From Balanoglossus misakiensis (Eukaryota > Animalia > Hemichordata), in contig CM082598.2 in NCBI GenBank assembly GCA_040954595.2, positions 6,463,097 through 6,527,096 on the forward strand: DNA of 64,000 nt. Reading direction: 5' to 3'. Shown here piece by piece: positions 1 to 14,000 of the stretch. Both the position numbers and the translations under genes were made by a program. The notes beneath the pieces are model-generated. The model searched no databases. It had not been told where the DNA came from and saw only the letters and a list, made by a program, of their open reading frames with translations. The first letter of the stretch is position 1. Each line of letters begins with the position of its first letter.

Positions 1-3000
1 AACATACTTTGGTTAGCACAGATGTTTGATCTGTTTCTACATAAATCTTCACATCTCTCTAATTTCTCTTTAATTTCCCCTTTGATTGACATCGTCCAGT
101 CTGCACAGCTTGGCTACTTTGTGCTGAGAACAGTCTGATGCCCTCTTACAGGAAATAAACATACTTTGGTTAGCACAGATGTTTGATCTGTTTCTACATA
201 AATCTTCACATCTCTCTAATTTCTCTTTGATTTCCCCTTTGATTGACATCGTCCAGACTGCACAGCTTGGCTACTTTGTGCTGAGAACAGTCTGATGCCC
301 TCTTACAGAAAATAAACAGTTTTGTTAGCACAGATGTTTGATCTGTTTCTACATAAATCTTCACATCTCTCTAATTTCTCTTTAATTTCCCCTTTGATTG
401 ACATCGTCCAGTCTGCACAGCTTGGCTACTTTGTGCTGAGAACAGTCTGATGCCCTCTTACAGGAAATAAACATACTTTGGTTAGCACAGATGTTTGATC
501 TGTTTCTACATAAATCTTCACATCTCTCTAATTTCTCTTTGATTTCCCCTTTGATTGACATCGTCCAGTCTGCACAGCTTGGCTACTTTGTGCTGAGAAC
601 AGTCTGATGCCCTCCTGCAGGAAATAAACATAGTTTGGTCAGCACAGATGTTTGATCTGTTTCTACATAAATCTTCACATCTCTCTAATTTCTCTTTTAT
701 TTCCCCTTTGATCGACATCGTCCAGTCTGCACAGCTTGGCTACTTTGTGCTGAGAACAGTCTGATGCCCTCCTACAGGAAATAAACATAGTTTGGTCAGC
801 ACAGATGTTTGATCTGTTTCTACATAAATCTTCACATCTCTCAAATTTCTCTTTTATTTCCCCCTTGATCGCCATCATCCAGTCTGCACAGCTTGGCTAC
901 TTTGTGCTGAGAACAGTCTGATGCCCTCCTACAGGAAATAAACATAGTTTGGTCAGGACAGATGTTTGATCTGTTTCTACATAAATCTTCACATCTCTCT
1001 AATTTCTCTTTTATTTCCCCCTTGATTGACATCGTCCAGTCTGCACAGCTTGGCTACTTTGTGTTGAGAACAGTCTGATGCCCTCCTACAGGAAATAAAC
1101 ATAGATTGGTTAGCACAGATGTTTGATCTATTTCTACGTATAATCTTCACATCTCTCAAATTTCTCTTTTATTTCCCCCTTGATTGACATCGTCCAGTCT
1201 GCACAGCTTGGCTACTTTGTGCTGAGAACAGTCTGATGCCCTCCTGCAGGAAATAAACATTGTTTGGTTAGCACAGATGTTCGATCTGTTTCTATATAAA
1301 TCTTCACATCTCTCTAATTTCTCTTTTATTTCCCCTTTGATTGACATTGTCCTGTCTGCACAGCTTTGCTACTTTGTGCTGAGAACAGTCTGATGCCCTC
1401 CTGCAGGAAATAAACATTGTTTGGTTAGCACAGATGTTTGATCTGTTTCTACATAAATCTTTACATCTCTCAAATTTCTCTTTTATTTCCCCCTTGATTG
1501 ACATCGTCCAGTCTGCACAGCTTGGCTACTTTGTGCTGAGAACAGTCTGATGCCCTCCTGCAGGAAATAAACATTGTTTGGTTAGCACAGATGTTCGATC
1601 TGTTTCTACATAAATCTTTACATCTCTCAAATTTCTCTTTTATTTCCCCCTTGATTGACATCGTCCAGTCTGCACAGCTTGGCTACTTTGTGTTGAGAAC
1701 AGTCTGATGCCCTCCTACAGGAAATAAACATAGATTGGTTAGCACAGATGTTTGATCTATTTCTACGTATAATCTTCACATCTCTCAAATTTCTCTTTTA
1801 TTTCCCCCTTGATTGACATCGTCCAGTCTGCACAGCTTGGCTACTTTGTGCTGAGAACAGTCTGATGCCCTCCTGCAGGAAATAAACATTGTTTGGTTAG
1901 CACAGATGTTCGATCTGTTTCTACATAAATCTTTACATCTCTCAAATTTCTCTTTTATTTCCCCCTTGATTGACATCGTCCAGTCTGCACAGCTTGGCTA
2001 CTTTGTGCTGAGAACAGTCTGATGCCCTCCTGCAGGAAATAAACATTGTTTGGTTAGCACAGATGTTTGATCTGTTTCTATATAAATCTTCACATCTCTC
2101 TAATTTCTCTTTAATTTCCCCTTTGATTGACATTGTCCTGTCTGCACAGCTTGGCTACTTTGTGCTGAGAACAGTCTGATGCCCTCCTGCAGGAAATAAA
2201 CATTGTTTGGTTAGCACAGATGTTTGATCTGTTTCTATATAAATCTTCACATCTCCCAAATTTCTCTTTTATTTCCCCTCTGATCGACATCGTCCATTCT
2301 GCACAGCCTGGCTACTTTGTGCTGAGAACAGTCTAATGCCCTCCTACAGGAAATAAACATAGTTTGGATAGCACAGATGTTTGATCTGTTTCTCCATAAA
2401 TCTTCACATCTCTCTAATTTCTCTTTAATTTCCCCTTTGATTGACATCGTCCAGTCTGCACAGCTTGGCTACTTTGTGCTGAGAACAGTCTGATGCCCTC
2501 TTACGGAAAATAAACAGTTTTGTTAGCACAGATGTTTGATCTGTTTCTACATAAATCTTCACATCTCTCTAATTTCTCTTTAATTTCCCCTTTGATTGAC
2601 ATCGTCCAGTCTGCACAGCTTGGCTACTTTGTGCTGAGAACAGTCTGATGCCCTCTTACAGGAAATAAACATACTTTGGTTAGCACAGATGTTTGATCTG
2701 TTTCTACATAAATCTTCACATCTCTCTAATTTCTCTTTAATTTCCCCTTTGATTGACATCGTCCAGTCTGCACAGCTTGGCTACTTTGTGCTGAGAACAG
2801 TCTGATGCCCTCTTACAGGAAATAAACATACTTTGGTTAGCACAGATGTTTGATCTGTTTCTACATAAATCTTCACATCTCTCTAATTTCTCTTTGATTT
2901 CCCCTTTGATTGACATCGTCCAGTCTGCACAGCTTGGCTACTTTGTGCTGAGAACAGTCTGATGCCCTCTTACAGGAAATAAACATACTTTGGTTAGCAC

Positions 3001-6000
3001 AGATGTTTGATCTGTTTCTACATAAATCTTCACATCTCTCTAATTTCTCTTTGATTTCCCCTTTGATTGACATCGTCCAGTCTGCACAGCTTGGCTACTT
3101 TGTGCTGAGAACAGTCTGATGCCCTCCTGCAGGAAATAAACATAGTTTGGTCAGCACAGATGTTTGATCTGTTTCTACATAAATCTTCACATCTCTCTAA
3201 TTTCTCTTTTATTTCCCCTTTGATCGACATCGTCCAGTCTGCACAGCTTGGCTACTTTGTGCTGAGAACAGTCTGATGCCCTCCTACAGGAAATAAACAT
3301 AGTTTGGTCAGCACAGATGTTTGATCTGTTTCTACATAAATCTTCACATCTCTCAAATTTCTCTTTTATTTCCCCCTTGATCGCCATCATCCAGTCTGCA
3401 CAGCTTGGCTACTTTGTGCTGAGAACAGTCTGATGCCCTCCTACAGGAAATAAACATAGTTTGGTCAGCACAGATGTTTGATCTGTTTCTACATAAATCT
3501 TCACATCTCTCTAATTTCTCTTTTATTTCCCCTTTGATCGACATCGTCCAGTCTGCACAGCTTGGCTACTTTGTGCTGAGAACAGTCTGATGCCCTCCTG
3601 CAGGAAATAAACATAGTTTGGTCAGCACAGATGTTTGATCTGTTTCTACATAAATCTTCACATCTCTCTAATTTCTCTTTTATTTCCCCTTTGATCGACA
3701 TCGTCCAGTCTGCACAGCTTGGCTACTTTGTGCTGAGAACAGTCTGATGCCCTCCTGCAGGAAATAAACATTGTTTGGTTAGCACAGATGTTTGATCTGT
3801 TTCTACATAAATCTTTACATCTCTCAAATTTCTCTTTTATTTCCCCCTTGATTGACATCGTCCAGTCTGCACAGCTTGGCTACTTTGTGCTGAGAACAGT
3901 CTGATGCCCTCCTGCAGGAAATAAACATTGTTTGGTTAGCACAGATGTTTGATCTGTTTCTACATAAATCTTTACATCTCTCAAATTTCTCTTTTATTTC
4001 CCCCTTGATTGACATCGTCCAGTCTGCACAGCTTGGCTACTTTGTGGTGAGAACAGTCTGATGCCCTCCTGCAGGAAATAAACATTGTTTGGTTAGCACA
4101 GATGTTTGATCTGTTTCTACATAAATCTTTACATCTCTCAAATTTCTCTTTTATTTCCCCCTTGATTGACATCGTCCAGTCTGCACAGCTTGGCTACTTT
4201 GTGCTGAGAACAGTCTGATGCCCTCCTGCAGGAAATAAACATTGTTTGGTTAGCACAGATGTTCGATCTGTTTCTACATAAATCTTTACATCTCTCAAAT
4301 TTCTCTTTTATTTCCCCCTTGATTGACATCGTCCAGTCTGCACAGCTTGGCTACTTTGTGTTGAGAACAGTCTGATGCCCTCCTACAGGAAATAAACATA
4401 GATTGGTTAGCACAGATGTTTGATCTATTTCTACGTATAATCTTCACATCTCTCAAATTTCTCTTTTATTTCCCCCTTGATTGACATCGTCCAGTCTGCA
4501 CAGCTTGGCTACTTTGTGCTGAGAACAGTCTGATGCCCTCCTGCAGGAAATAAACATTGTTTGGTTAGCACAGATGTTCGATCTGTTTCTACATAAATCT
4601 TTACATCTCTCAAATTTCTCTTTTATTTCCCCCTTGATTGACATCGTCCAGTCTGCACAGCTTGGCTACTTTGTGCTGAGAACAGTCTGATGCCCTCCTG
4701 CAGGAAATAAACATTGTTTGGTTAGCACAGATGTTTGATCTGTTTCTATATAAATCTTCACATCTCTCTAATTTCTCTTTTATTTCCCCTTTGATTGACA
4801 TTGTCCTGTCTGCACAGCTTTGCTACTTTGTGCTGAGAACAGTCTGATGCCCTCCTGCAGGAAATAAACATTGTTTGGTTAGCACAGATATTCGATCTGT
4901 TTCTACATAAATCTTTACATCTCTCAAATTTCTCTTTTATTTCCCCCTTGATTGACATCGTCCAGTCTGCACAGCTTGGCTACTTTGTGCTGAGAACAGT
5001 CTGATGCCCTCCTGCAGGAAATAAACATTGTTTGGTTAGCACAGATGTTTGATCTGTTTCTATATAAATCTTCACATCTCCCAAATTTCTCTTTTATTTC
5101 CCCTCTGATCGACATCGTCCATTCTGCACAGCCTGGCTACTTTGTGCTGAGAACAGTCTAATGCCCTCCTACAGGAAATAAACATAGTTTGGATAGCACA
5201 GATGTTTGATCTGTTTCTCCATAAATCTTCACATCTCTCTAATTTCTCTTTAATTTCCCCTTTGATTGACATCGTCCAGTCTGCACAGCTTGGCTACTTT
5301 GTGCTGAGAACAGTCTGATGCCCTCTTACGGAAAATAAACAGTTTTGTTAGCACAGATGTTTGATCTGTTTCTACATAAATCTTCACATCTCTCTAATTT
5401 CTCTTTAATTTCCCCTTTGATTGACATCGTCCAGTCTGCACAGCTTGGCTACTTTGTGCTGAGAACAGTCTGATGCCCTCTTACAGGAAATAAACATACT
5501 TTGGTTAGCACAGATGTTTGATCTGTTTCTACATAAATCTTCACATCTCTCTAATTTCTCTTTAATTTCCCCTTTGATTGACATCGTCCAGTCTGCACAG
5601 CTTGGCTACTTTGTGCTGAGAACAGTCTGATGCCCTCTTACAGGAAATAAACATACTTTGGTTAGCACAGATGTTTGATCTGTTTCTACATAAATCTTCA
5701 CATCTCTCTAATTTCTCTTTGATTTCCCCTTTGATTGACATCGTCCAGTCTGCACAGCTTGGCTACTTTGTGCTGAGAACAGTCTGATGCCCTCTTACGG
5801 AAAATAAACAGTTTTGTTAGCACAGATGTTTGATCTGTTTCTACATAAATCTTCACATCTCTCTAATTTCTCTTTAATTTCCCCTTTGATTGACATCGTC
5901 CAGTCTGCACAGCTTGGCTACTTTGTGCTGAGAACAGTCTGATGCCCTCTTACAGGAAATAAACATACTTTGGTTAGCACAGATGTTTGATCTGTTTCTA

Positions 6001-9000
6001 CATAAATCTTCACATCTCTCTAATTTCTCTTTAATTTCCCCTTTGATTGACATCGTCCAGTCTGCACAGCTTGGCTACTTTGTGCTGAGAACAGTCTGAT
6101 GCCCTCTTACAGGAAATAAACATACTTTGGTTAGCACAGATGTTTGATCTGTTTCTACATAAATCTTCACATCTCTCTAATTTCTCTTTGATTTCCCCTT
6201 TGATTGACATCGTCCAGTCTGCACAGCTTGGCTACTTTGTGCTGAGAACAGTCTGATGCCCTCTTACAGAAAATAAACAGTTTTGTTAGCACAGATGTTT
6301 GATCTGTTTCTACATAAATCTTCACATCTCTCTAATTTCTCTTTAATTTCCCCTTTGATTGACATCGTCCAGTCTGCACAGCTTGGCTACTTTGTGCTGA
6401 GAACAGTCTGATGCCCTCTTACAGGAAATAAACATACTTTGGTTAGCACAGATGTTTGATCTGTTTCTACATAAATCTTCACATCTCTCTAATTTCTCTT
6501 TGATTTCCCCTTTGATTGACATCGTCCAGTCTGCACAGCTTGGCTACTTTGTGCTGAGAACAGTCTGATGCCCTCCTGCAGGAAATAAACATAGTTTGGT
6601 CAGCACAGATGTTTGATCTGTTTCTACATAAATCTTCACATCTCTCTAATTTCTCTTTTATTTCCCCTTTGGTCGACATCGTCCAGTCTGCACAGCTTGG
6701 CTACTTTGTGCTGAGAACAGTCTGATGCCCTCCTACAGGAAATAAACATAGTTTGGTCAGCACAGATGTTTGATCTGTTTCTACATAAATCTTCACATCT
6801 CTCAAATTTCTCTTTTATTTCCCCCTTGATCGCCATCATCCAGTCTGCACAGCTTGGCTACTTTGTGCTGAGAACAGTCTGATGCCCTCCTACAGGAAAT
6901 AAACATAGTTTGGTCAGCACAGATGTTTGATCTGTTTCTACATAAATCTTCACATCTCTCTAATTTCTCTTTTATTTCCCCTTTGATCGACATCGTCCAG
7001 TCTGCACAGCTTGGCTACTTTGTGCTGAGAACAGTCTGATGCCCTCTTACAGGAAATAAACATACTTTGGTTAGCACAGATGTTTGATCTGTTTCTACAT
7101 AAATCTTCACATCTCTCTAATTTCTCTTTGATTTCCCCTTTGATTGACATCGTCCAGTCTGCACAGCTTGGCTACTTTGTGCTGAGAACAGTCTGATGCC
7201 CTCTTACGGAAAATAAACAGTTTTGTTAGCACAGATGTTTGATCTGTTTCTACATAAATCTTCACATCTCTCTAATTTCTCTTTAATTTCCCCTTTGATT
7301 GACATCGTCCAGTCTGCACAGCTTGGCTACTTTGTGCTGAGAACAGTCTGATGCCCTCTTACAGGAAATAAACATACTTTGGTTAGCACAGATGTTTGAT
7401 CTGTTTCTACATAAATCTTCACATCTCTCTAATTTCTCTTTAATTTCCCCTTTGATTGACATCGTCCAGTCTGCACAGCTTGGCTACTTTGTGCTGAGAA
7501 CAGTCTGATGCCCTCTTACAGGAAATAAACATACTTTGGTTAGCACAGATGTTTGATCTGTTTCTACATAAATCTTCACATCTCTCTAATTTCTCTTTGA
7601 TTTCCCCTTTGATTGACATCGTCCAGTCTGCACAGCTTGGCTACTTTGTGCTGAGAACAGTCTGATGCCCTCTTACAGAAAATAAACAGTTTTGTTAGCA
7701 CAGATGTTTGATCTGTTTCTACATAAATCTTCACATCTCTCTAATTTCTCTTTAATTTCCCCTTTGATTGACATCGTCCAGTCTGCACAGCTTGGCTACT
7801 TTGTGCTGAGAACAGTCTGATGCCCTCTTACAGGAAATAAACATACTTTGGTTAGCACAGATGTTTGATCTGTTTCTACATAAATCTTCACATCTCTCTA
7901 ATTTCTCTTTGATTTCCCCTTTGATTGACATCGTCCAGTCTGCACAGCTTGGCTACTTTGTGCTGAGAACAGTCTGATGCCCTCCTGCAGGAAATAAACA
8001 TAGTTTGGTCAGCACAGATGTTTGATCTGTTTCTACATAAATCTTCACATCTCTCTAATTTCTCTTTTATTTCCCCTTTGATCGACATCGTCCAGTCTGC
8101 ACAGCTTGGCTACTTTGTGCTGAGAACAGTCTGATGCCCTCCTACAGGAAATAAACATAGTTTGGTCAGCACAGATGTTTGATCTGTTTCTACATAAATC
8201 TTCACATCTCTCAAATTTCTCTTTTATTTCCCCCTTGATCGCCATCATCCAGTCTGCACAGCTTGGCTACTTTGTGCTGAGAACAGTCTGATGCCCTCCT
8301 ACAGGAAATAAACATAGTTTGGTCAGCACAGATGTTTGATCTGTTTCTACATAAATCTTCACATCTCTCTAATTTCTCTTTTATTTCCCCTTTGATCGAC
8401 ATCGTCCAGTCTGCACAGCTTGGCTACTTTGTGCTGAGAACAGTCTGATGCCCTCCTACAGGAAATAAACAGTTTTGTTAGCACAGATGTTTGATCTGTT
8501 TCCACATAAATCTTCACATCTCTCAAATTTCTCTTTTATTTCCCCTTTGATCGACATCGTCCAGTCTGCACAGCTTGGCTACTTTGTGCTGAGAACAGTC
8601 TGATGCCCTCCTACAGGAAATAAACATAGTTTGGTCAGCACAGATGTTTGATCTGTTTCTACATAAATCTTCACATCTCTCTAATTTCTCTTTAATTTCC
8701 CCTTTGATTGACATCGTCCAGTCTGCACAGCTTGGCTACTTTGTGCTGAGAACAGTCTGATGCCCTCTTACAGGAAATAAACATACTTTGGTTAGCACAG
8801 ATGTTTGATCTGTTTCTACATAAATCTTCACATCTCTCTAATTTCTCTTTGATTTCCCCTTTGATTGACATCGTCCAGTCTGCACAGCTTGGCTACTTTG
8901 TGCTGAGAACAGTCTGATGCCCTCCTGCAGGAAATAAACATAGTTTGGTCAGCACAGATGTTTGATCTGTTTCTACATAAATCTTCACATCTCTCTAATT

Positions 9001-10412
9001 TCTCTTTTATTTCCCCTTTGATCGACATCGTCCAGTCTGCACAGCTTGGCTACTTTGTGCTGAGAACAGTCTGATGCCCTCCTACAGGAAATAAACATAG
9101 TTTGGTCAGCACAGATGTTTGATCTGTTTCTACATAAATCTTCACATCTCTCAAATTTCTCTTTTATTTCCCCCTTGATCGCCATCATCCAGTCTGCACA
9201 GCTTGGCTACTTTGTGCTGAGAACAGTCTGATGCCCTCCTGCAGGAAATAAACATTGTTTGGTTAGCACAGATGTTCGATCTGTTTCTACATAAATCTTT
9301 ACATCTCTCAAATTTCTCTTTTATTTCCCCCTTGATCGACATCGTCCAGTCTGCACAGCTTGGCTACTTTGTGCTGAGAACAGTCTGATGCCCTCCTACA
9401 GGAAATAAACAGTTTTGTTAGCACAGATGTTTGATCTGTTTCCACATAAATCTTCACATCTCTCAAATTTCTCTTTTATTTCCCCTTTGATCGACATCGT
9501 CCAGTCTGCACAGCTTGGCTACTTTGTGCTGAGAACAGTCTGATGCCCTCCTACAGGAAATAAACATAGTTTGGTCAGCACAGATGTTTGATCTGTTTCT
9601 ACATAAATCTTCACATCTCTCTAATTTCTCTTTAATTTCCCCTTTGATTGACATCATCCAGTCTGCACAGCTTGGCTACTTTGTGCTGAGAACAGTCTGA
9701 TGCCCTCTTACAGGAAATAAACATAGTTTGGTTAGCACAGATGTTTGATCTGTTTCTCCATAAATCTTCACATCTCTCTAATTTCTCTTTAATGTCCCCT
9801 TTGATTGACATCATCCAGTCTGCACAGCTTGGCTACTTTGCGCTGAGAACAGTCTGATGCCCTCCTACAGGAAATAAGCATAGTTTGGTTAGCACAGATG
9901 TTTGATCTGTTTCTACATAAATCTTCACATCTCTCTAATTTCTCTTTAATTTCCCCTTTGATTGACATCATCCAGTCTGCACAGCTTGGCTACTTTGTGC
10001 TGAGAACAGTCTGATGCCCTCTTACAGGAAATAAACATAGTTTGGTTAGCACAGATGTTTGATCTGTTTCTCCATAAATCTTCACATCTCTCTAATTTCT
10101 CTTTAATGTCCCCTTTGATTGACATCATCCAGTCTGCACAGCTTGGCTACTTTGCGCTGAGAACAGTCTGATGCCCTCCTACAGGAAATAAGCATAGTTT
10201 GGTTAGCACAGATGTTTGATCTGTTTCTACATAAATCTTCACATCTCTCAAATTTCTCTTTAATTTCCCCTTTGATCGACATCGTCTAGTCTGCACACCT
10301 TGGCTACTTTGTGCTGAGAACAGTCTGATGCCCTCCTACAGGAAATAAGCATAGTTTGGTTAGCACAGATGTTTGATCTGTTTCTACGTAAATCTTCACA
10401 CCTCTCAAATTT
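1..10412. repeat. 157-bp tandem satellite array (~66 monomers; 155- and 158-bp variants) with higher-order repeat structure; continues beyond the left edge
   Basis: Monomer AATTTCTCTTTAATTTCCCCTTTGATTGACATCGTCCAGTCTGCACAGC...CACATCTCTCT counted as 157 nt. It repeats head-to-tail up to ...CTCAAATTTGTCATC at ~10412. The repeated short minus-strand ORFs step by 157, which is not a multiple of 3. Confidence 0.98.
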
Positions 10413-10909
10413 GTCATCATATTTGAGATGAGATGTGATTATTCCAAATTGGCCATTGTGTCTTCTGACAATTCTACTATACGTCACTGTACTTGTTGGT
10501 TAAATCTTCTTCTATATTGTGTAGGTTGTAAAAATAAATTGGTCCCATTCAGGAAATGTTCACTAACATTACATCACTGTCAGTTGTGTTGTGTTCATTC
10601 TTCGATAGAAAATCATAAATAAAGTTCAGTATAAAATTGGTGTATTGGTTATCCGTAATGTTATTTGTTTTGCAAATTGTCAAATTTGAGTTTGTTTGTG
10701 AATTATTGGGAGTAACTTTTCTTAATGTATCAACTGGCAGATATTTTGTCGGAATTTATTTAGCTTGTTAATATTATCCACAAGGGAGTTTGCGATGACA
10801 ATTTGTTGTTTGTGTGTTTGTTCGGTCGTTCATTTTAACAAATTAACCTCATGTTACATGTTACAGTTTTCTTGCCATCCTTATCATGCTTCTCCTTCAT
10901 TACTTACAG

Positions 10910-11005
10910 GAAGGAGACAACCCTTTGCACTTTGCAGCAAGGTTTGATGAAGGCTGTGTCAGATTGTTATTGGAACACAAAGCTGATGTGACCATACAAA
11001 ACAAG
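10910..11005 (+). CDS. Ankyrin-repeat exon A (32 aa, phase 0-0) of the Roco gene
   Basis: ttacag|GAA...AAG|gtaaat; EGDNPLHFAARFDEGCVRLLLEHKADVTIQNK. Confidence 0.85.
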
Positions 11006-14000
11006 GTAAATACCAACCTGACTTCTCCAGATTAATTCTGAAAGTATGAGCTTTCTCAATAGTCCCAATTTCCACTGTAGTTTTTTTTGGTAAATTGACG
11101 TGTCTGGGATTCAATGTATCTATTTGTCCATTGTCCTTTGAATCAAAACTACTCCCTCTGTCGAGTCAGGTGTTGTACAGACACAGGCAAGTATTAATTG
11201 ACTCATGATAATGATGTGATTGTCTCTCCTATCTCTGAGACATTTGATCTCCACTGTCAGCAATTTGGGGTTATGAGAAAGGGGGATTGTCTCCGGCATC
11301 TACCAACACCTGTCTTGTCGAACATAAGAATGCTGTTGTTTTTTACATTGTTTATCATAATTTTTGTGTGTTTTAAATAATAACCTCATTTTTGGACACT
11401 GATTTCTGTCTGTCCGTCTGTAGACAGATTTTGTTCCACTCATAAGTTGAGAGAAATTGAATCCAATGATATGAAATTTGATATGTAGCATTGTTATGAT
11501 AAGATCTAGATCTGATTAGATTTTGGTGGGTGTGGCTTATTAAGTAAATGCTCATTTGCATATTTAATGATGTCTTGTGATTAGGCCATATCTCCATAAA
11601 TACTCAATCAAATTTAGTGGAACTTTGTTCATAATTTTTACATTGCTCATTACCAACAATATGATGAAAGTTTAGTGGGTTTCACTTAATTAATTCTCAT
11701 TTCCAAAATTATTGAATTAATGAAATTAGGCTATAGCTCAAAACTGTCTCAAGCAAATTTGGCGCTGTGCTAGAGGGACTTCGTAATAATAAAAAAATCT
11801 TTATTTCATGAATATTTCTGTGAACAACATCATGAACACTGATATTTGTGTGATCAGTGCCAAGTATAAATAATACAGTTTGTTACATAGTCCCATCTAG
11901 CGGTGAGAATTATCTCAACTTTGGATCTGATACTCTCTCAGTCAGTCATGACAGTTTTTCCCCACACAGATTTAGACGTGTTGGGTATGGCCGATTTGCC
12001 TCAAATCACCAAGTCTATTAAACGGACAAATATATCTCTCGCTGTCCTTTTTCCATTAATTATGTTTGATACAAGACACCGTTAATATTATTCTACATGT
12101 GTATATGTAGTGAAGGAGTGTTCAACCACACACAACTTCCATCCTGCTTGTATGATATGAGAGTAAAAGTCTCGTCAAAATAATAAATGGTTATTCATTT
12201 TGGCGAGTTTTTCACTCTAGCGAGAGAGAGACGTTGTCCCTTTAATATTCATGAGTTTACTTTTCTTGTTTACGTACACTCTTATAACGATTGGCTATTA
12301 CACCAAGTTGACCACCTCCTGCACAAGTACATCATGTATATAAACAAAACAAGTCTGGTGTGTGGAGCCACCTCCCCTTTTTACAGGAAGTACTTTCGAA
12401 AAAAAAATTATGCAATCAGTCCACACTCATGATCAGTTTTGTGTCAGAATTATAGTCATAGCAACATTTCGAGTAAGACTTTACCAGAAGAACTTGTTTT
12501 CGTTGCGGTTCTGATTGGGGCCGTTTTAAACTGGGGTTTGTTTGGCGACTTTTAGGACCAAAGGATGGAAGTGCGGCCATGGTCACATCACACATGCCAT
12601 GCGGGGGACTTGCTGGGGGCGTGGGTGCTTGTTGACGGTGCTGAGAGGAGTCGGCCAGTTTTAGCTTGTACTTCAGGCCGAATAGTGCAGTTTCGACCCA
12701 ATTTACGTCTTATAAATTTTAGAAAGTATAATACATTGTAATAGTGCAGTATGGTATGTCATGAAAAACAGCTCCCGTAGGATTTTTGTGCTAAAATTGA
12801 TTTTTTTTGCTGTTTTGGCTTCTATGGGGACCAAACTACCCGAAAATGATGGGGTGCAATTTTAAGGGCCCCTCTATCATATTTTTCTGAGGGGGGGGTA
12901 CTTCCGTTTTGTGGTATGATGTGTATTCCCGTTGGATTTTTGTGCTAAAATTGATTTGTTTTGCTGTTTTGGCTTCTATGGGGACCCAACTACCCAAAAA
13001 TGATGGGGTGCAAATTTTAGGGCCCCTCCATCATATTTTTCTGGGGGGGGGTACTTCCGTTTTGTGGTATGATATGTATTCCCGTAGGATTTTTGTGCTA
13101 AAATTGATTGTTTTTGCTGCTTTGGCTTCAATGGGGACCCAACTACCCGAAAATGATGGGGTGCAATTTTTAGGGCCCCTCCATCACTTTTTTTCTGGGA
13201 GGGTACTCCCGTTTTGGCCTCCCCGAAGATATTTATTCACCTATTTATTCACCCATTACAGTGGAGCTCTAACGGACGCTAGGTCGCTTGTTTTATTTAA
13301 ACACTATTTATACAGATAACTACCAGTAATGACATCATTGCACAACTCTACTTGATATTGTTGAACCACTCAGTGGAAATTTATTTTAATGATGATAGAT
13401 TTATCGCTTGTCACGTAAAATTCCTTTTATTTCCCCTTTGATCGACATCATCCGGTCTGCACACCTTGGCTACTTTGTGCTGAGAACAGTCTGATGCCCT
13501 CCTACAGGAAATAAACATAGTTTGGATAGCACAGATGTTTGATCTGTTTCTACATAAATCTTCACATCTCTCAAATTTCTCTTTTATTTCCCCTATAATC
13601 GACATCGTCCAGTCTGCACAGCTTGGCTACTTTGTGCTGAGAACAGTTCGATGCCCTCCTACAAGAAATAAACATAGTTTGGTTAGCACTGATGTTTGAT
13701 CTGTTTCTACATAAATCTTCACATCTCTCAAATTTCTCTTTTATTTCCCCTATGATCGAAATCACACAGTCTGCACAGCTTGGCTACTTTGTGCTGAGAA
13801 CAGTCTGATGCCCTCCTACAGGAAATAAACATAGTTTGGTTAGCACAGATGTTTGATCTGTTCGTACATAAATCTTCACATCTCTCAAATTTCTCTTTAA
13901 TTTCCCCATTGATTGACTTCGTCAAGTCTGCACAGCTTGGCTACTTTGTGCTGAGAACAGTCTGATGCCCTCCAACAGGAAATAAACATAGTTTGGTTAG

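Noticed and set aside
1-10412. CRISPR array or coding LRR/repeat exon
   Set aside because: No unique spacers, eukaryotic context, and stops in all frames across monomers
518-10487. Dozens of 60-75 aa minus-strand ORFs (MSIKGEIKEK...) as a tandem peptide gene family
   Set aside because: They arise from the 157-bp period (not a multiple of 3), overlap each other, mostly lack ATG starts, and are broken by 155/158-bp variants
12909-13319. 136-aa hydrophobic ORF
   Set aside because: Product of the ~154-bp tandem repeat; no splice or domain support
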